Shown: positions 19,529 through 28,700 of the stretch, in pieces
Layout of the letters: each line of letters opens with the position of its first letter
Position numbering within the stretch: the first letter of the stretch is position 1
DNA from: Minisyncoccota bacterium
GTDB taxonomy: Bacteria > Patescibacteriota > Minisyncoccia > Phycocordibacterales > PALSA-1337
Length of the DNA: 58,262 bases
Direction: 5' to 3'
Assembly: GCA_036170235.1 (NCBI GenBank)
Contig: JAVHOW010000002.1
Location: 1 to 58,262, forward strand
The notes under the pieces: generated by a model
Database searches by the model: none
What the model was told of the DNA's origin: nothing
What the model saw: the letters and a program-made list of their open reading frames with translations, nothing else
Translations under genes and position numbers: made by a program

Positions 19529-20623
19529 TTATTCCTCCTCCCCCTCTGGCTTCTCAATCATCGCCACTTCAATACCAGGAGTCTCATTGGTAATTCGTAG
19601 CACATCTTTATCAAGCTTCTTGAATTCTTTATTGGAATTATTGTAATGGTTAACCACGGTCGAAAGTGATGTACCGAGTTTCGAATGATACTCTTCGTAT
19701 TTCTTCAAATGGCTTCCAAGCTGACCAACATGCTTCACGATATCCTTGGCAGTCTCCTCGATTTGCATAGCCTTCAAACCCTGTAAAACCGTCTGTAAAT
19801 AGGCCAAAAATGAGGTTGGCGACACTATTATGACATTGTACTTGCTGGCGGCACGCTGGATCAAATTGTCTGTTTCTTCAGCCACCGCGCCAATTTTGTT
19901 GACCAAAAGGTCATAATAAATGGCTTCATGCGGAATAAACATAAAGGCGAAATCCATAGTATTCTCGGCTGGACGAATATATTTAGCAGTCTCCTGAATA
20001 CGAATTTTCAAATCACCAACAAAAGCTTTTTCTAGTTTCTCCTTTTCAACTGGATTTTTTTCTTCAACCAATTTATTGTAATTTTCAAGCGAAAACTTCG
20101 AGTCAACTGGAATAACTTTGTCTTTCACAAACACTGCTGCATCAACGACTTCCCCATTTTTGAAAGCATATTGCATAGCGTACTGACCAGGCGCCAGAAC
20201 ATTTTTCAATAATGTTTCTAGATAATATTCCCCGAGAATACCACGATGTTTGGGATTCTTGAGAATGTCTTGCAAATTTTGTAATTGATCGGCAAACGAA
20301 ACGACTTGCTTGTTGGTTTCATCGAGCTTAGTCAAACCCTGCGTGACTTCACGAATAAGTTTTGACGATTCAGAAAGTTGCGTCCGCATCGAATCCTGCA
20401 TATTTTTTGAAGACTCATTCATCTTGCTATCAACCGTCTTGGTCAAATCACCAACCTTCCGGTCAACTGTGCGCGAAATTTCATTCATTTGTTCAAGAAT
20501 TAGTTTCAGGCCAGTATCGTCTTTCGGCGCCTGTTCCGGCGACTTTCTACGCATAAAATATACAACAATAAAAATGTTGGCCAGAATGGCGAGGACGATC
20601 AGGGAGATGAGGATGGTGGTCAT
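19529..20623 (-). CDS. rmuC: DNA recombination protein RmuC
   Basis: N-terminal TM and coiled coil, RGILGE, VDSKF, DFAFMFIP, VSPT. Confidence 0.9.
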   Translation of the reverse strand: MTTILISLIVLAILANIFIVVYFMRRKSPEQAPKDDTGLKLILEQMNEISRTVDRKVGDLTKTVDSKMNESSKNMQDSMRTQLSESSKLIREVTQGLTKLDETNKQVVSFADQLQNLQDILKNPKHRGILGEYYLETLLKNVLAPGQYAMQYAFKNGEVVDAAVFVKDKVIPVDSKFSLENYNKLVEEKNPVEKEKLEKAFVGDLKIRIQETAKYIRPAENTMDFAFMFIPHEAIYYDLLVNKIGAVAEETDNLIQRAASKYNVIIVSPTSFLAYLQTVLQGLKAMQIEETAKDIVKHVGQLGSHLKKYEEYHSKLGTSLSTVVNHYNNSNKEFKKLDKDVLRITNETPGIEVAMIEKPEGEEE

Positions 20624-20738
20624 GGGTATAGTATACGGGGGATTTAGTAGATTTACAAAAAATAATCAATGTTTTAGCTCTAATAAGTAGCAATCCACAG
20701 CCCCTTGATTTTCGTGCCAAATATGCTATGCTTTCCAT

Positions 20739-20795
20739 GTGTCCGAAAGGACCGTTAAATTTAGAGCTTAGGGGCCTCTGTAAAGGGGTCCTTTT
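20739..20795 (+). ncRNA. Putative ~57-nt small RNA (two GNRA hairpins) converging on the NYN gene
   Basis: TTGATT-16 nt-TATGCT (20705-20732, extended TG), then gtcc-GAAA-ggac and aggggcctct-GTAA-aggggtcctt plus a T-run; no ORF. Confidence 0.4.
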
Positions 20796-20800
20796 GGCGT

Positions 20801-21559
20801 TTAGGTATCAATTTGGCTCCTGAGAGATACTGATAATTCCTTCGGCCAGCATATAAATTCCTTGATTTTTCTAAGCTCAAAAATAGGCACCTGAAGATCA
20901 GCTATTTCTGGAGTCACCCATCCAGAAATTGAAACTACAGTAACTTTTTTATTGTCAGTTATGAGTTGTTGTATTGGATCTTTAAAATCGCTATCACCAC
21001 TCCAAAGTACATAATTTTGATATTCTCCGCTCAAGAAATCAGAGAGCATGTGTCTACCTATCTCCACATCAAAATTACACTTTGGTTCCTCAAGTTTCAG
21101 AATATCTTGCTTGTTCAATAGTCCCAGTTTTGAATTCATGAAAGTTAGAGTCTCCAAATCAAGCTTTTTTAGCAGAGATTTTTTGATGAAATTCTTTAAA
21201 ATTTCAGGTGAATCGTCTGGCACACTGGACACATCAATTGAAATTTTCATCTGTTTAACTGGCTTGGTAGTCAAATCGTACCCAAAGCTTTTTACTTCAT
21301 CAATCTGTTTTTGAGATTTATCATTACCTTCTAGAGTGCCATGATATAGTCTGACTTTTTTGACCATATCGAAAGAATCATGCAACTGCTTGATACGGCG
21401 TAAGTGCAAATGCCAATCTAACTCTTCCTGCCAATGAAGAACATTTGCCCAATCGACATACACGACTGTTGGCGCATCAAAAATCTTCTCCAGTTCGATA
21501 ATCCGTTCTGGAAATATTTTGGCTAACTTTTCAATTCTGTCAGAATGGGGCTTGAAGAT
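20801..21559 (-). CDS. NYN/LabA-like PIN-domain nuclease
   Basis: YVDWAN, KCNFDVEI, SGDSDF; frame is open 32 codons upstream of GTG 21463 to an ATC (IFKPHSDRIEKLAKIFP...). Confidence 0.8.
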   Translation of the reverse strand: MFKPHSDRIEKLAKIFPERIIELEKIFDAPTVVYVDWANVLHWQEELDWHLHLRRIKQLHDSFDMVKKVRLYHGTLEGNDKSQKQIDEVKSFGYDLTTKPVKQMKISIDVSSVPDDSPEILKNFIKKSLLKKLDLETLTFMNSKLGLLNKQDILKLEEPKCNFDVEIGRHMLSDFLSGEYQNYVLWSGDSDFKDPIQQLITDNKKVTVVSISGWVTPEIADLQVPIFELRKIKEFICWPKELSVSLRSQIDT

Positions 21560-21599
21560 GAAGATTATTGTACCTTAAAATTCCATATATTATGACAAA

Positions 21600-22250
21600 T
21601 TATTTATTTTTTAATCTTTCAGCTTTTTTAGGAATAACATATACACTGTTTAACAAATTTTCAACAACATCCATAGCGACATCAAGCTTATAGACACCTA
21701 GTACGATAACTTCGTGGGCATACTTATTACGAAGACCTCTTATCATATGTAAAATATTTGCCCCCTCACTTGTTAATACTCCCTTTTTTACAAGGTCATC
21801 AATTTTATTTTCAAGACTTTGTCCTTGTGCATCTTTTTCACGACATACAGATTCAACAAGAGCACCCAATCCGATACCTGCAAGTATATTGAGTCCTGAA
21901 CATAATGCTTTATGTGTTTCTCGATACACCGCACGAACAGGTTCTGGTAATTGATATACGTCAATTTCTTTTCTGCCTGCAATACGGTTCGGATATAATT
22001 CCTCGTGTTCACTGAATTCATTGGTGTTATAATCGAAGTCATCAGTATTGGTCGAGGAAAAACGAAAAGATGTCCCGTCACAACCACGACAAGTAACAAT
22101 TTCAAAAACATTCCATCCTTGTATATCTTGATTACCCCAAGATTTTTCTACAGATTTAGATACTTCATGGTTCGTATAACCATTGCAATTACCACATGGA
22201 AGATGGCGTATTTTTTTATCTACCACTTCTTTAATAGGATTCTCTTTCAT
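21600..22250 (-). CDS. DUF4145-like (HEPN-type) protein with N-terminal zinc ribbon
   Basis: Two CxxC, LENKIDDL, RGLRNKYAH (RxxxxH). Confidence 0.75.
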   Translation of the reverse strand: MKENPIKEVVDKKIRHLPCGNCNGYTNHEVSKSVEKSWGNQDIQGWNVFEIVTCRGCDGTSFRFSSTNTDDFDYNTNEFSEHEELYPNRIAGRKEIDVYQLPEPVRAVYRETHKALCSGLNILAGIGLGALVESVCREKDAQGQSLENKIDDLVKKGVLTSEGANILHMIRGLRNKYAHEVIVLGVYKLDVAMDVVENLLNSVYVIPKKAERLKNK

Positions 22251-22290
22251 TGCCTAGGATTCTAGCATTTATTTTGTTATGATGTTACCC

Positions 22291-24045
22291 ATGAACCCCC
22301 CAACCGAATCTCTTCAACACACTCGCCACACGCTCGCCCATCTCCTAGCCGCGGCTGTGCTCGAACTTTTTCCAGAGACCAAACCAACCATCGGTCCTGC
22401 TATTGATAATGGCTTCTATTACGACTTTGAATTCAAAACCCCAATCACCGAGAAAGATCTCAAAGACATAGAAAAGAAGATGCGCAAGCTCTTACCATCA
22501 TGGAAAGAAATAGTCGGCAAAGAAGTTTCCGCCGACGAGGCGCGTGAGGCATTCAAAGACAATCAATACAAACTCGAACTTATCGAAGAAATTCTTGGCA
22601 AGAATGAAAAAATTACGTTATATACCGCTGGCCATTTCACCGACCTATGCCGTGGTGGTCATGCAGAAAATCCAGCCAAAGAAATTCCATCAGACTCATT
22701 TTCTCTTTCACATATTGCTGGAGCATACTGGCGTGGTAGTGAGAAAAATAACATGCTCACCCGTATTTACGGACTAGCTTTTGCCACAAAGGCAGAACTT
22801 GACGCTTATGAAACTATGATGAAAGAAGCTGAGAAGAGAGATCACCGCAAGCTCGGCAAGGAATTAGACTTATTCGAATTCGACGATGACGTTGGTCCAG
22901 GGCTTCCCCTTTGGTTACCAAATGGTGCTGTTTTAGTTGAAGAATTAGAAAAGCTTGCAAAGGAAACCGAATTCAAAGGCAACTACGTTCGTGTTCGAAC
23001 ACCTCATATTGCAAAAGAATCAATGTACAAAAAGAGTGGTCATTTGCCTTATTATGAAGAATCCATGTATCCTCCAATGGAATACGAGGGTGGCAAATAC
23101 TATTTGAAAGCCATGAATTGTCCGCATCACCACAAGATTTATGCCGCACGCCCAAAGAGTTATCGCGATCTACCATTGCGTCTTGCAGAATACGGCACTT
23201 GCTATCGTCATGAGAAATCTGGCGAGCTTTTCGGACTGATGCGCGTCCGAACTATGCAAATGAACGATGCTCACATTTACTGCACTGAAGAACAATTTGC
23301 CGATGAATTCCGCGCCGTCAATGAAATGTATATCAAATATTTCAAGATTTTTGGCGTTGACAAATACATCATGCGCTTCTCAACTCACGATCCGAAGCGT
23401 CTTGGTGAAAAATTCGTCAATGAGCCGGCATTGTGGAAGAAAACCGAAGACATGGTACGCAAAGTTCTAGTCGATTCCAAAATTCCATTCATTGAAGTTG
23501 CCAACGAAGCCGCTTTCTATGGACCGAAAATTGACGTGCAAGTATGGTCTGCTATTGGCCGCGAATTCACCCTAGCGACAAACCAAGTAGATTTTGCTGT
23601 GCCAGGTCGTTTTGGTCTGACTTATACCGACAAAGATGGTATCGCCAAAACTCCTTTATGTATTCATCGTGCTCCACTAGGTACCCATGAACGCTTTATC
23701 GGTTTCTTGATCGAACACTATGGCGGCAACTTCCCTCTTTGGCTTTCACCAATTCAAGTAAAAGTTATTCCCGTTATGGAAACTCATTACGCCGCCGCGC
23801 AAAAAGTTCATGACGCGCTTCGAGGTGCCATGATTCGTTCGGAAATTGATCTGTCAAACAACGGTTTCGGTAAAAAGATCCGCAATGCCAAAAATGAGCG
23901 CGTCTGTTACACGATTATTTTAGGTGATAAAGATATTGAGGCTGGCAAAGTTACGCTTGAAAGTAGAGATGAAGGTCAAATTGGGCAATTGAGTGTTGAG
24001 GAGGTAGTGAAGAAGTTAGAGGAGGAGATCAAGGAGAGAAGGTAA
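22291..24045 (+). CDS. thrS: Threonine--tRNA ligase
   Basis: DLCRGGH, RDHRKLG, MNCPHH, AFYGPKID. Confidence 0.97.
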   Translation: MNPPTESLQHTRHTLAHLLAAAVLELFPETKPTIGPAIDNGFYYDFEFKTPITEKDLKDIEKKMRKLLPSWKEIVGKEVSADEAREAFKDNQYKLELIEEILGKNEKITLYTAGHFTDLCRGGHAENPAKEIPSDSFSLSHIAGAYWRGSEKNNMLTRIYGLAFATKAELDAYETMMKEAEKRDHRKLGKELDLFEFDDDVGPGLPLWLPNGAVLVEELEKLAKETEFKGNYVRVRTPHIAKESMYKKSGHLPYYEESMYPPMEYEGGKYYLKAMNCPHHHKIYAARPKSYRDLPLRLAEYGTCYRHEKSGELFGLMRVRTMQMNDAHIYCTEEQFADEFRAVNEMYIKYFKIFGVDKYIMRFSTHDPKRLGEKFVNEPALWKKTEDMVRKVLVDSKIPFIEVANEAAFYGPKIDVQVWSAIGREFTLATNQVDFAVPGRFGLTYTDKDGIAKTPLCIHRAPLGTHERFIGFLIEHYGGNFPLWLSPIQVKVIPVMETHYAAAQKVHDALRGAMIRSEIDLSNNGFGKKIRNAKNERVCYTIILGDKDIEAGKVTLESRDEGQIGQLSVEEVVKKLEEEIKERR

Positions 24046-24056
24046 TATTACCCATG

Positions 24057-24096
24057 TCAAGCAAAAAACCTCTCAAAAGAGAGGTTTTTTGCTTGA
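24057..24096. terminator. Bidirectional intrinsic terminator
   Basis: tcaagcaaaaaacctctc-aaaa-gagaggttttttgcttga. Confidence 0.8.
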
Positions 24097-24192
24097 TTTA
24101 CTATTAAACATTTAATTTGGAGTCGCACCCGCCTTCACTTTTGCTTCGCAAGCTTCGGCGGGACAAGCCCGTCAAAGTCTATTATACCTACA

Positions 24193-25605
24193 TTAAATCT
24201 TCGGACGATTGAAGATCAGATATACGACTGTGGCAAATAGAACGAGGATGACGAGTATCGCAACCCAGCCCCATGGAACGTTCTTTAGTGAGAACAGAGC
24301 GGCGGCGGACAAACCATTGTCCTGTTGCTGTTGAGGCGCTGGCTGTACTGCAGGCTGTGTTGGAGCTGTAGGAGCAACTGATCCAGCACCACGAATAGTC
24401 AAGGCTGTAGAACATGCACGAGTAGCAGTTCTACCATCGGTAGACTTTATTGTAACAATAGCGCTCTTTTCACCAACTGAATCATAATATTTGATGAGAG
24501 TACTGTCGCTACCAGAAAGACCATTGGTACCAGTCCATGAATAAGTATACGGCGCGACACCACCAGTCACTTCAGCTCTCCATGTGGCAGGCTGATTGAT
24601 GCGAGCAGTTGTAGGGTCTGAATAACACGCGACGTCTAGACCATTGTTGTTATTGTAATTGTTGTATCCATATCCACCAACATTCACTGTTCCGCAAGCC
24701 TGTGTTATAGACTGACCATTTGAATAAACAGTTACATAAGCATACTTCGAACCAGGATTTGAATAGTTGAAATACACTGATTGATTTGATCCATAAATAC
24801 CATCTGTACCACTCCAACTATAACTGTATGAACCATTACCACCAGAAGGATACGCATTCCAAGTAACGGAATTGCCATTATTGTTATTGATGTTATTTGC
24901 ATTACAAGTAACACTCAATGGAGAATAATAATTGTAGTTTTGAGGATAATAATTCTGATTGTAATAAGTATCACCGTATACATTGACTGTTCCATCACAG
25001 TTCTTTGAAACCGTCTGTCCACCAGAAGTGACACTAACACTGGCACTCTTGTAACCAGATGAATAGTAAGTCTTTCTTATTGAAGATCCATAACCTGACA
25101 AACCATCAGTTCCAGTCCATGTGTAATAGTATGCGTTGTTACCACCATAAGCAGAAGCAACCCAACTAACGGAATCACCTGTACGAGCCGAGAGTGGCAT
25201 CGGATAACATGAAACTTGGAGCTGTCCGTAGTTCTGTTGAGGATATTGGTTGTACGAATAATAGTCGTAATTATAAACTGGCGTAGTATACGCAACTGTT
25301 GGTGCAGGTGTATTGCCTACATTAACGTTAGAACCAGGACTATTGATGTTACTGTTAATATTATTACTATTTGTATAACTATTGGTAATAGTTTGTGGGT
25401 TACTATTATTAGAATTCAAACTAGGTAAACCTGGAAGCTTGGGGAGTTGTGGACCATTTTTTATAACGCAAAGCGGATCGAGAAATCCGAGTGCTTTGAT
25501 ACAAGCATGTGCCTGTGTTGGTGCTGTAGAAAGCACAACAAACATGAGCGCAAAAGCCATGATTCCAAGAGTGACGTATTTGATTGGCTGATTGATGTTT
25601 TTCAT
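24193..25605 (-). CDS. Surface protein with three repeated Ig/PKD-like domains and C-terminal TM anchor
   Basis: Signal peptide; three V.C...W.A...GG...Y.Y.W.GT.G..G units with paired Cys; Tyr/Asn-rich linkers. Confidence 0.75.
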   Translation of the reverse strand: MKNINQPIKYVTLGIMAFALMFVVLSTAPTQAHACIKALGFLDPLCVIKNGPQLPKLPGLPSLNSNNSNPQTITNSYTNSNNINSNINSPGSNVNVGNTPAPTVAYTTPVYNYDYYSYNQYPQQNYGQLQVSCYPMPLSARTGDSVSWVASAYGGNNAYYYTWTGTDGLSGYGSSIRKTYYSSGYKSASVSVTSGGQTVSKNCDGTVNVYGDTYYNQNYYPQNYNYYSPLSVTCNANNINNNNGNSVTWNAYPSGGNGSYSYSWSGTDGIYGSNQSVYFNYSNPGSKYAYVTVYSNGQSITQACGTVNVGGYGYNNYNNNNGLDVACYSDPTTARINQPATWRAEVTGGVAPYTYSWTGTNGLSGSDSTLIKYYDSVGEKSAIVTIKSTDGRTATRACSTALTIRGAGSVAPTAPTQPAVQPAPQQQQDNGLSAAALFSLKNVPWGWVAILVILVLFATVVYLIFNRPKI

Positions 25606-25833
25606 AAAAAATAATTCACACCTCCAATTACGTGGCTAATTAAAGCCATAAAATAGAGGTATAGGTTTGTATATTTATAATGCTAGTATTGTATACTAAA
25701 ATAAGAAAAAAGTCAAGGGGGCGAGTCTGAACAATTACAATATGTGTTTTGATTGCCTGCATGGCTTGCTCGTTAAATTGCAAGATATTTTGGCACACAT
25801 TACACTTTACTAATAATTTGCTACAATGTCCCC

Positions 25834-27159
25834 ATGTCAAAAGATATGAAAAAATTATCAACTGACGCCTACAAAGGCGTGCGCGACTTCTTCCCTGCTG
25901 ATATGGCTGTTGAGAAGCGAATTTTTGATATCTGGAGGAAGACTGTTGAGAAGTATGGCTATGAAGAATACGGCGCGTCTGTGCTGGAACCAGCCGAACT
26001 CTACAAAGCAAAATCTGGTGACGAAATTGTTAATGAGCAAACTTATACTTTCATCGACCGTGGTGATCGTGAAGTCACTCTTCGTCCCGAAATGACTCCA
26101 AGCTTGGCGCGCATGGTAGCCGCTCGCAAGCGTGAGCTCACCTATCCTCTTCGTTGGTATTCTATTCCGAACCTATTCCGTTATGAACAACCCCAGCGTG
26201 GACGTGTACGTGAACATTGGCAACTGAACGTTGACATCTTTGGTGTCGAGTCCATATCCGCTGAAATAGAAGCCGTAAATATAGCCTATGATATTACACG
26301 CGCTTATGGACTCAAAGATACTGACTTTGAAATCCGACTCAATAACAGAAAAGTCATGAACTATATTACTCGTGATGTTTTCGGCTTGGATGAAAGTGCG
26401 GCACAGAAAATTTCCAAATTAATCGACAAAAAAGACAAGGTCAAGCCAGAGTGGTTTGAAGCGGCGACAATGGAAGTTCTTGGTGACAAAACCAAGCAAT
26501 TTTTGACTTTGCTAAATTCCAAAAACTTTGAAGAATTCACAGCCCAGTTACAACAAACCAAAGAAGAACATGTTGGCATCAAAGAAATTCGTGATGCCAT
26601 CAAAGGACTTGAGCGCCTCGGGATTACTAATGTGCGTTTTGATCAAACACTGATGCGCGGTTTTGACTATTACACCGGCATTGTTTTTGAAGTTTTTGAT
26701 CTCAATCCACTCAATCGTCGTTCAGTCTTCGGTGGCGGTCGCTATGATGATCTGCTTTCACTTTTCGGCAATGAAAAAGTTCCTGCGGTTGGATTTGGCG
26801 CTGGTGATGTCATTGCGCGTGATTTGATGGAGACATACGGGACACTCCCAAAACAAGGTGAACTTGGTGGCATTCCCGCACTAGCTGATTTGGCATTATG
26901 TATTGTTGGTGAACAAAATACGCCGTATGCACTAGATTTGGCGCAATCATTACGTGATAAAGATATTCGCGTGTCAGTTGATTTATCAAATAAGAAAGTT
27001 GGCGATCAGATCAAGAATGCCGACAAACGTGGAATTCCTCGGATTATTTGCATCGGTGATGAAGAAGTCAAAAATGGTAAGTTGAGGATGAAGATTTTGG
27101 CGAGTGGTGAGGAGTTGTCTGGTAGTGAAGAGGAAATTGTTAATATTATTAAAAAATAA
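25834..27159 (+). CDS. hisS: Histidine--tRNA ligase
   Basis: LRPEMT, FRYEQPQRGR, RGFDYYTG, GGGRYD. Confidence 0.97.
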   Translation: MSKDMKKLSTDAYKGVRDFFPADMAVEKRIFDIWRKTVEKYGYEEYGASVLEPAELYKAKSGDEIVNEQTYTFIDRGDREVTLRPEMTPSLARMVAARKRELTYPLRWYSIPNLFRYEQPQRGRVREHWQLNVDIFGVESISAEIEAVNIAYDITRAYGLKDTDFEIRLNNRKVMNYITRDVFGLDESAAQKISKLIDKKDKVKPEWFEAATMEVLGDKTKQFLTLLNSKNFEEFTAQLQQTKEEHVGIKEIRDAIKGLERLGITNVRFDQTLMRGFDYYTGIVFEVFDLNPLNRRSVFGGGRYDDLLSLFGNEKVPAVGFGAGDVIARDLMETYGTLPKQGELGGIPALADLALCIVGEQNTPYALDLAQSLRDKDIRVSVDLSNKKVGDQIKNADKRGIPRIICIGDEEVKNGKLRMKILASGEELSGSEEEIVNIIKK

Positions 27160-27166
27160 CTCCACT

Positions 27167-27742
27167 ATGCGCGTCATCACTTTCGACATCGAAACGAAAA
27201 ACTTATTCCAAGACGTCGGTTCCAACGATCCTGTCGATCTAGATCTTTCAGTAATTTGCATTCATGACTCATTTACAAATGAATTCACCAGTTACCTCGA
27301 AGCTGATTTTAATAAGTTATGGCCCATCCTAGAACAAGCTGACGCGTTCGTCACGTGGAATGGAGATCACTTTGATATTCCTATTCTGAATAAATACTAT
27401 CCGGGAGATTTAACTAAAATAAAAAGTATCGACCTGATGCGTGAAGTTCAGCTTGTTTTGGGTCGCCGCTTGAAGCTTGATAGTGTGGGCGAAGCGACAT
27501 TGAATCGGAATAAAAGTGGGCATGGATTGGATGCCATCGAATGGTGGAGAAATGGTGAAATAGAGAAAATTATAAAATACTGCATCGAGGATGTTCGTTT
27601 GACTCGCGACCTCTATGATTATGCGGTTGCCAACAAGCATATAAAATACAAAGATCTTGGCGGATTGAAGGAAGTAAAGTTAGATACGACAAAATGGGAA
27701 ATACTCGAAGCAAGTGCTTTGACGTACACTTTGCCATTTTAG
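27167..27742 (+). CDS. RNase H-like 3'-5' exonuclease domain protein (YprB-like)
   Basis: FDIET, NGDHFD, YCIEDV. Confidence 0.85.
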   Translation: MRVITFDIETKNLFQDVGSNDPVDLDLSVICIHDSFTNEFTSYLEADFNKLWPILEQADAFVTWNGDHFDIPILNKYYPGDLTKIKSIDLMREVQLVLGRRLKLDSVGEATLNRNKSGHGLDAIEWWRNGEIEKIIKYCIEDVRLTRDLYDYAVANKHIKYKDLGGLKEVKLDTTKWEILEASALTYTLPF

Positions 27743-27751
27743 GAATTTAGG

Positions 27752-27777
27752 AGGTGCGACCTACGAAGGTCGCACCT
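27752..27777. repeat. REP-like doublet of AGGT-N3-ACCT
   Basis: aggtgcgacct-acga-aggtcgcacct. Confidence 0.7.
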
Positions 27778-27825
27778 ACAAATTTCTATGGTACAATAAA
27801 CCTATTACTTTTTTAATTTATTCTC

Positions 27826-28638
27826 ATGGAAAATAAACCACATCCCCTCACTATCCCAGGAGCCATCATTATTGCCGCCGCTATTCTGGCGATTGCTATT
27901 ATTTATGTAAAAAAACCAACTCCCGTATCCGCGCCAACTACCGAACAAAAACAAAAAGTAGAAATTGCCATAGCTCCAATCACTGCCACTGATCATATCC
28001 TCGGCAATCCGAACGCGCCGATCCGAATCGTAGAGTTCTCTGACCCTTCTTGTCCATTCTGCAAAACATTCCATCCAACTATGAAAGCACTTATGGATAC
28101 CTACGGTCCAAGCGGGAACGTCGCTTGGATTTATCGCTCATTTCCTCTAGACACGCCAGATCAGCAAGGTCGAGTCCTTCATCCGAACGCAGGTCATGAA
28201 TCCCAAGCTTTCGAATGTGCCGCCGCGCTAGGTGGCAACGATGCCTTCTGGAAATTCACCAATAGACTTTATGAGATTACACCATCAGACCAAGGAGTGA
28301 GTCTTGACCAAAAGCAATTACCCGTTATTGCAAAATATGCCGGTCTAGATGTCGTCTCCTTCAGCGACTGTCTCGACAGCGGACGTTTCAAAGATAAAGT
28401 TCAAGCGCAATACCTCGATGGTGTGAATGCGGGAGTTTCCGGTACACCTACAAATATTATTGTGCTTTCGAAACCAACTCCAGCAAGCATGGATGCGACT
28501 ATTGCCGATCTAGTGATCAAGTTTCGTATTCCTCCTATTGTAATATCTGATGATCGTTTGAAAATTGTTATGACTGGTGCATTACCTGCTGACTCTATAA
28601 AAGCGGTTATTGATGCGGTGTTGGCTGGGGTTAAATAA
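27826..28638 (+). CDS. DsbA/thioredoxin-like oxidoreductase
   Basis: EFSDPSCPFC and GVSGTP; N-terminal TM. Confidence 0.9.
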   Translation: MENKPHPLTIPGAIIIAAAILAIAIIYVKKPTPVSAPTTEQKQKVEIAIAPITATDHILGNPNAPIRIVEFSDPSCPFCKTFHPTMKALMDTYGPSGNVAWIYRSFPLDTPDQQGRVLHPNAGHESQAFECAAALGGNDAFWKFTNRLYEITPSDQGVSLDQKQLPVIAKYAGLDVVSFSDCLDSGRFKDKVQAQYLDGVNAGVSGTPTNIIVLSKPTPASMDATIADLVIKFRIPPIVISDDRLKIVMTGALPADSIKAVIDAVLAGVK

Positions 28639-28700
28639 TTAAAAGTGACCAATTAGTGCTCTTCGGAAAATTTAGTCCGTTTGGTAGGTTTTTTAATTTA

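Noticed and set aside
24128-24162. cccgcc...gcttcggcggg palindrome downstream of the surface-protein gene
   Set aside because: Single imperfect copy in the window; may be a REP remnant but cannot be supported here.
24193-25605. Internal repeats of the surface protein as a second TR/VR system
   Set aside because: The repeats are similar mainly at protein level and show no adenine-specific pattern.
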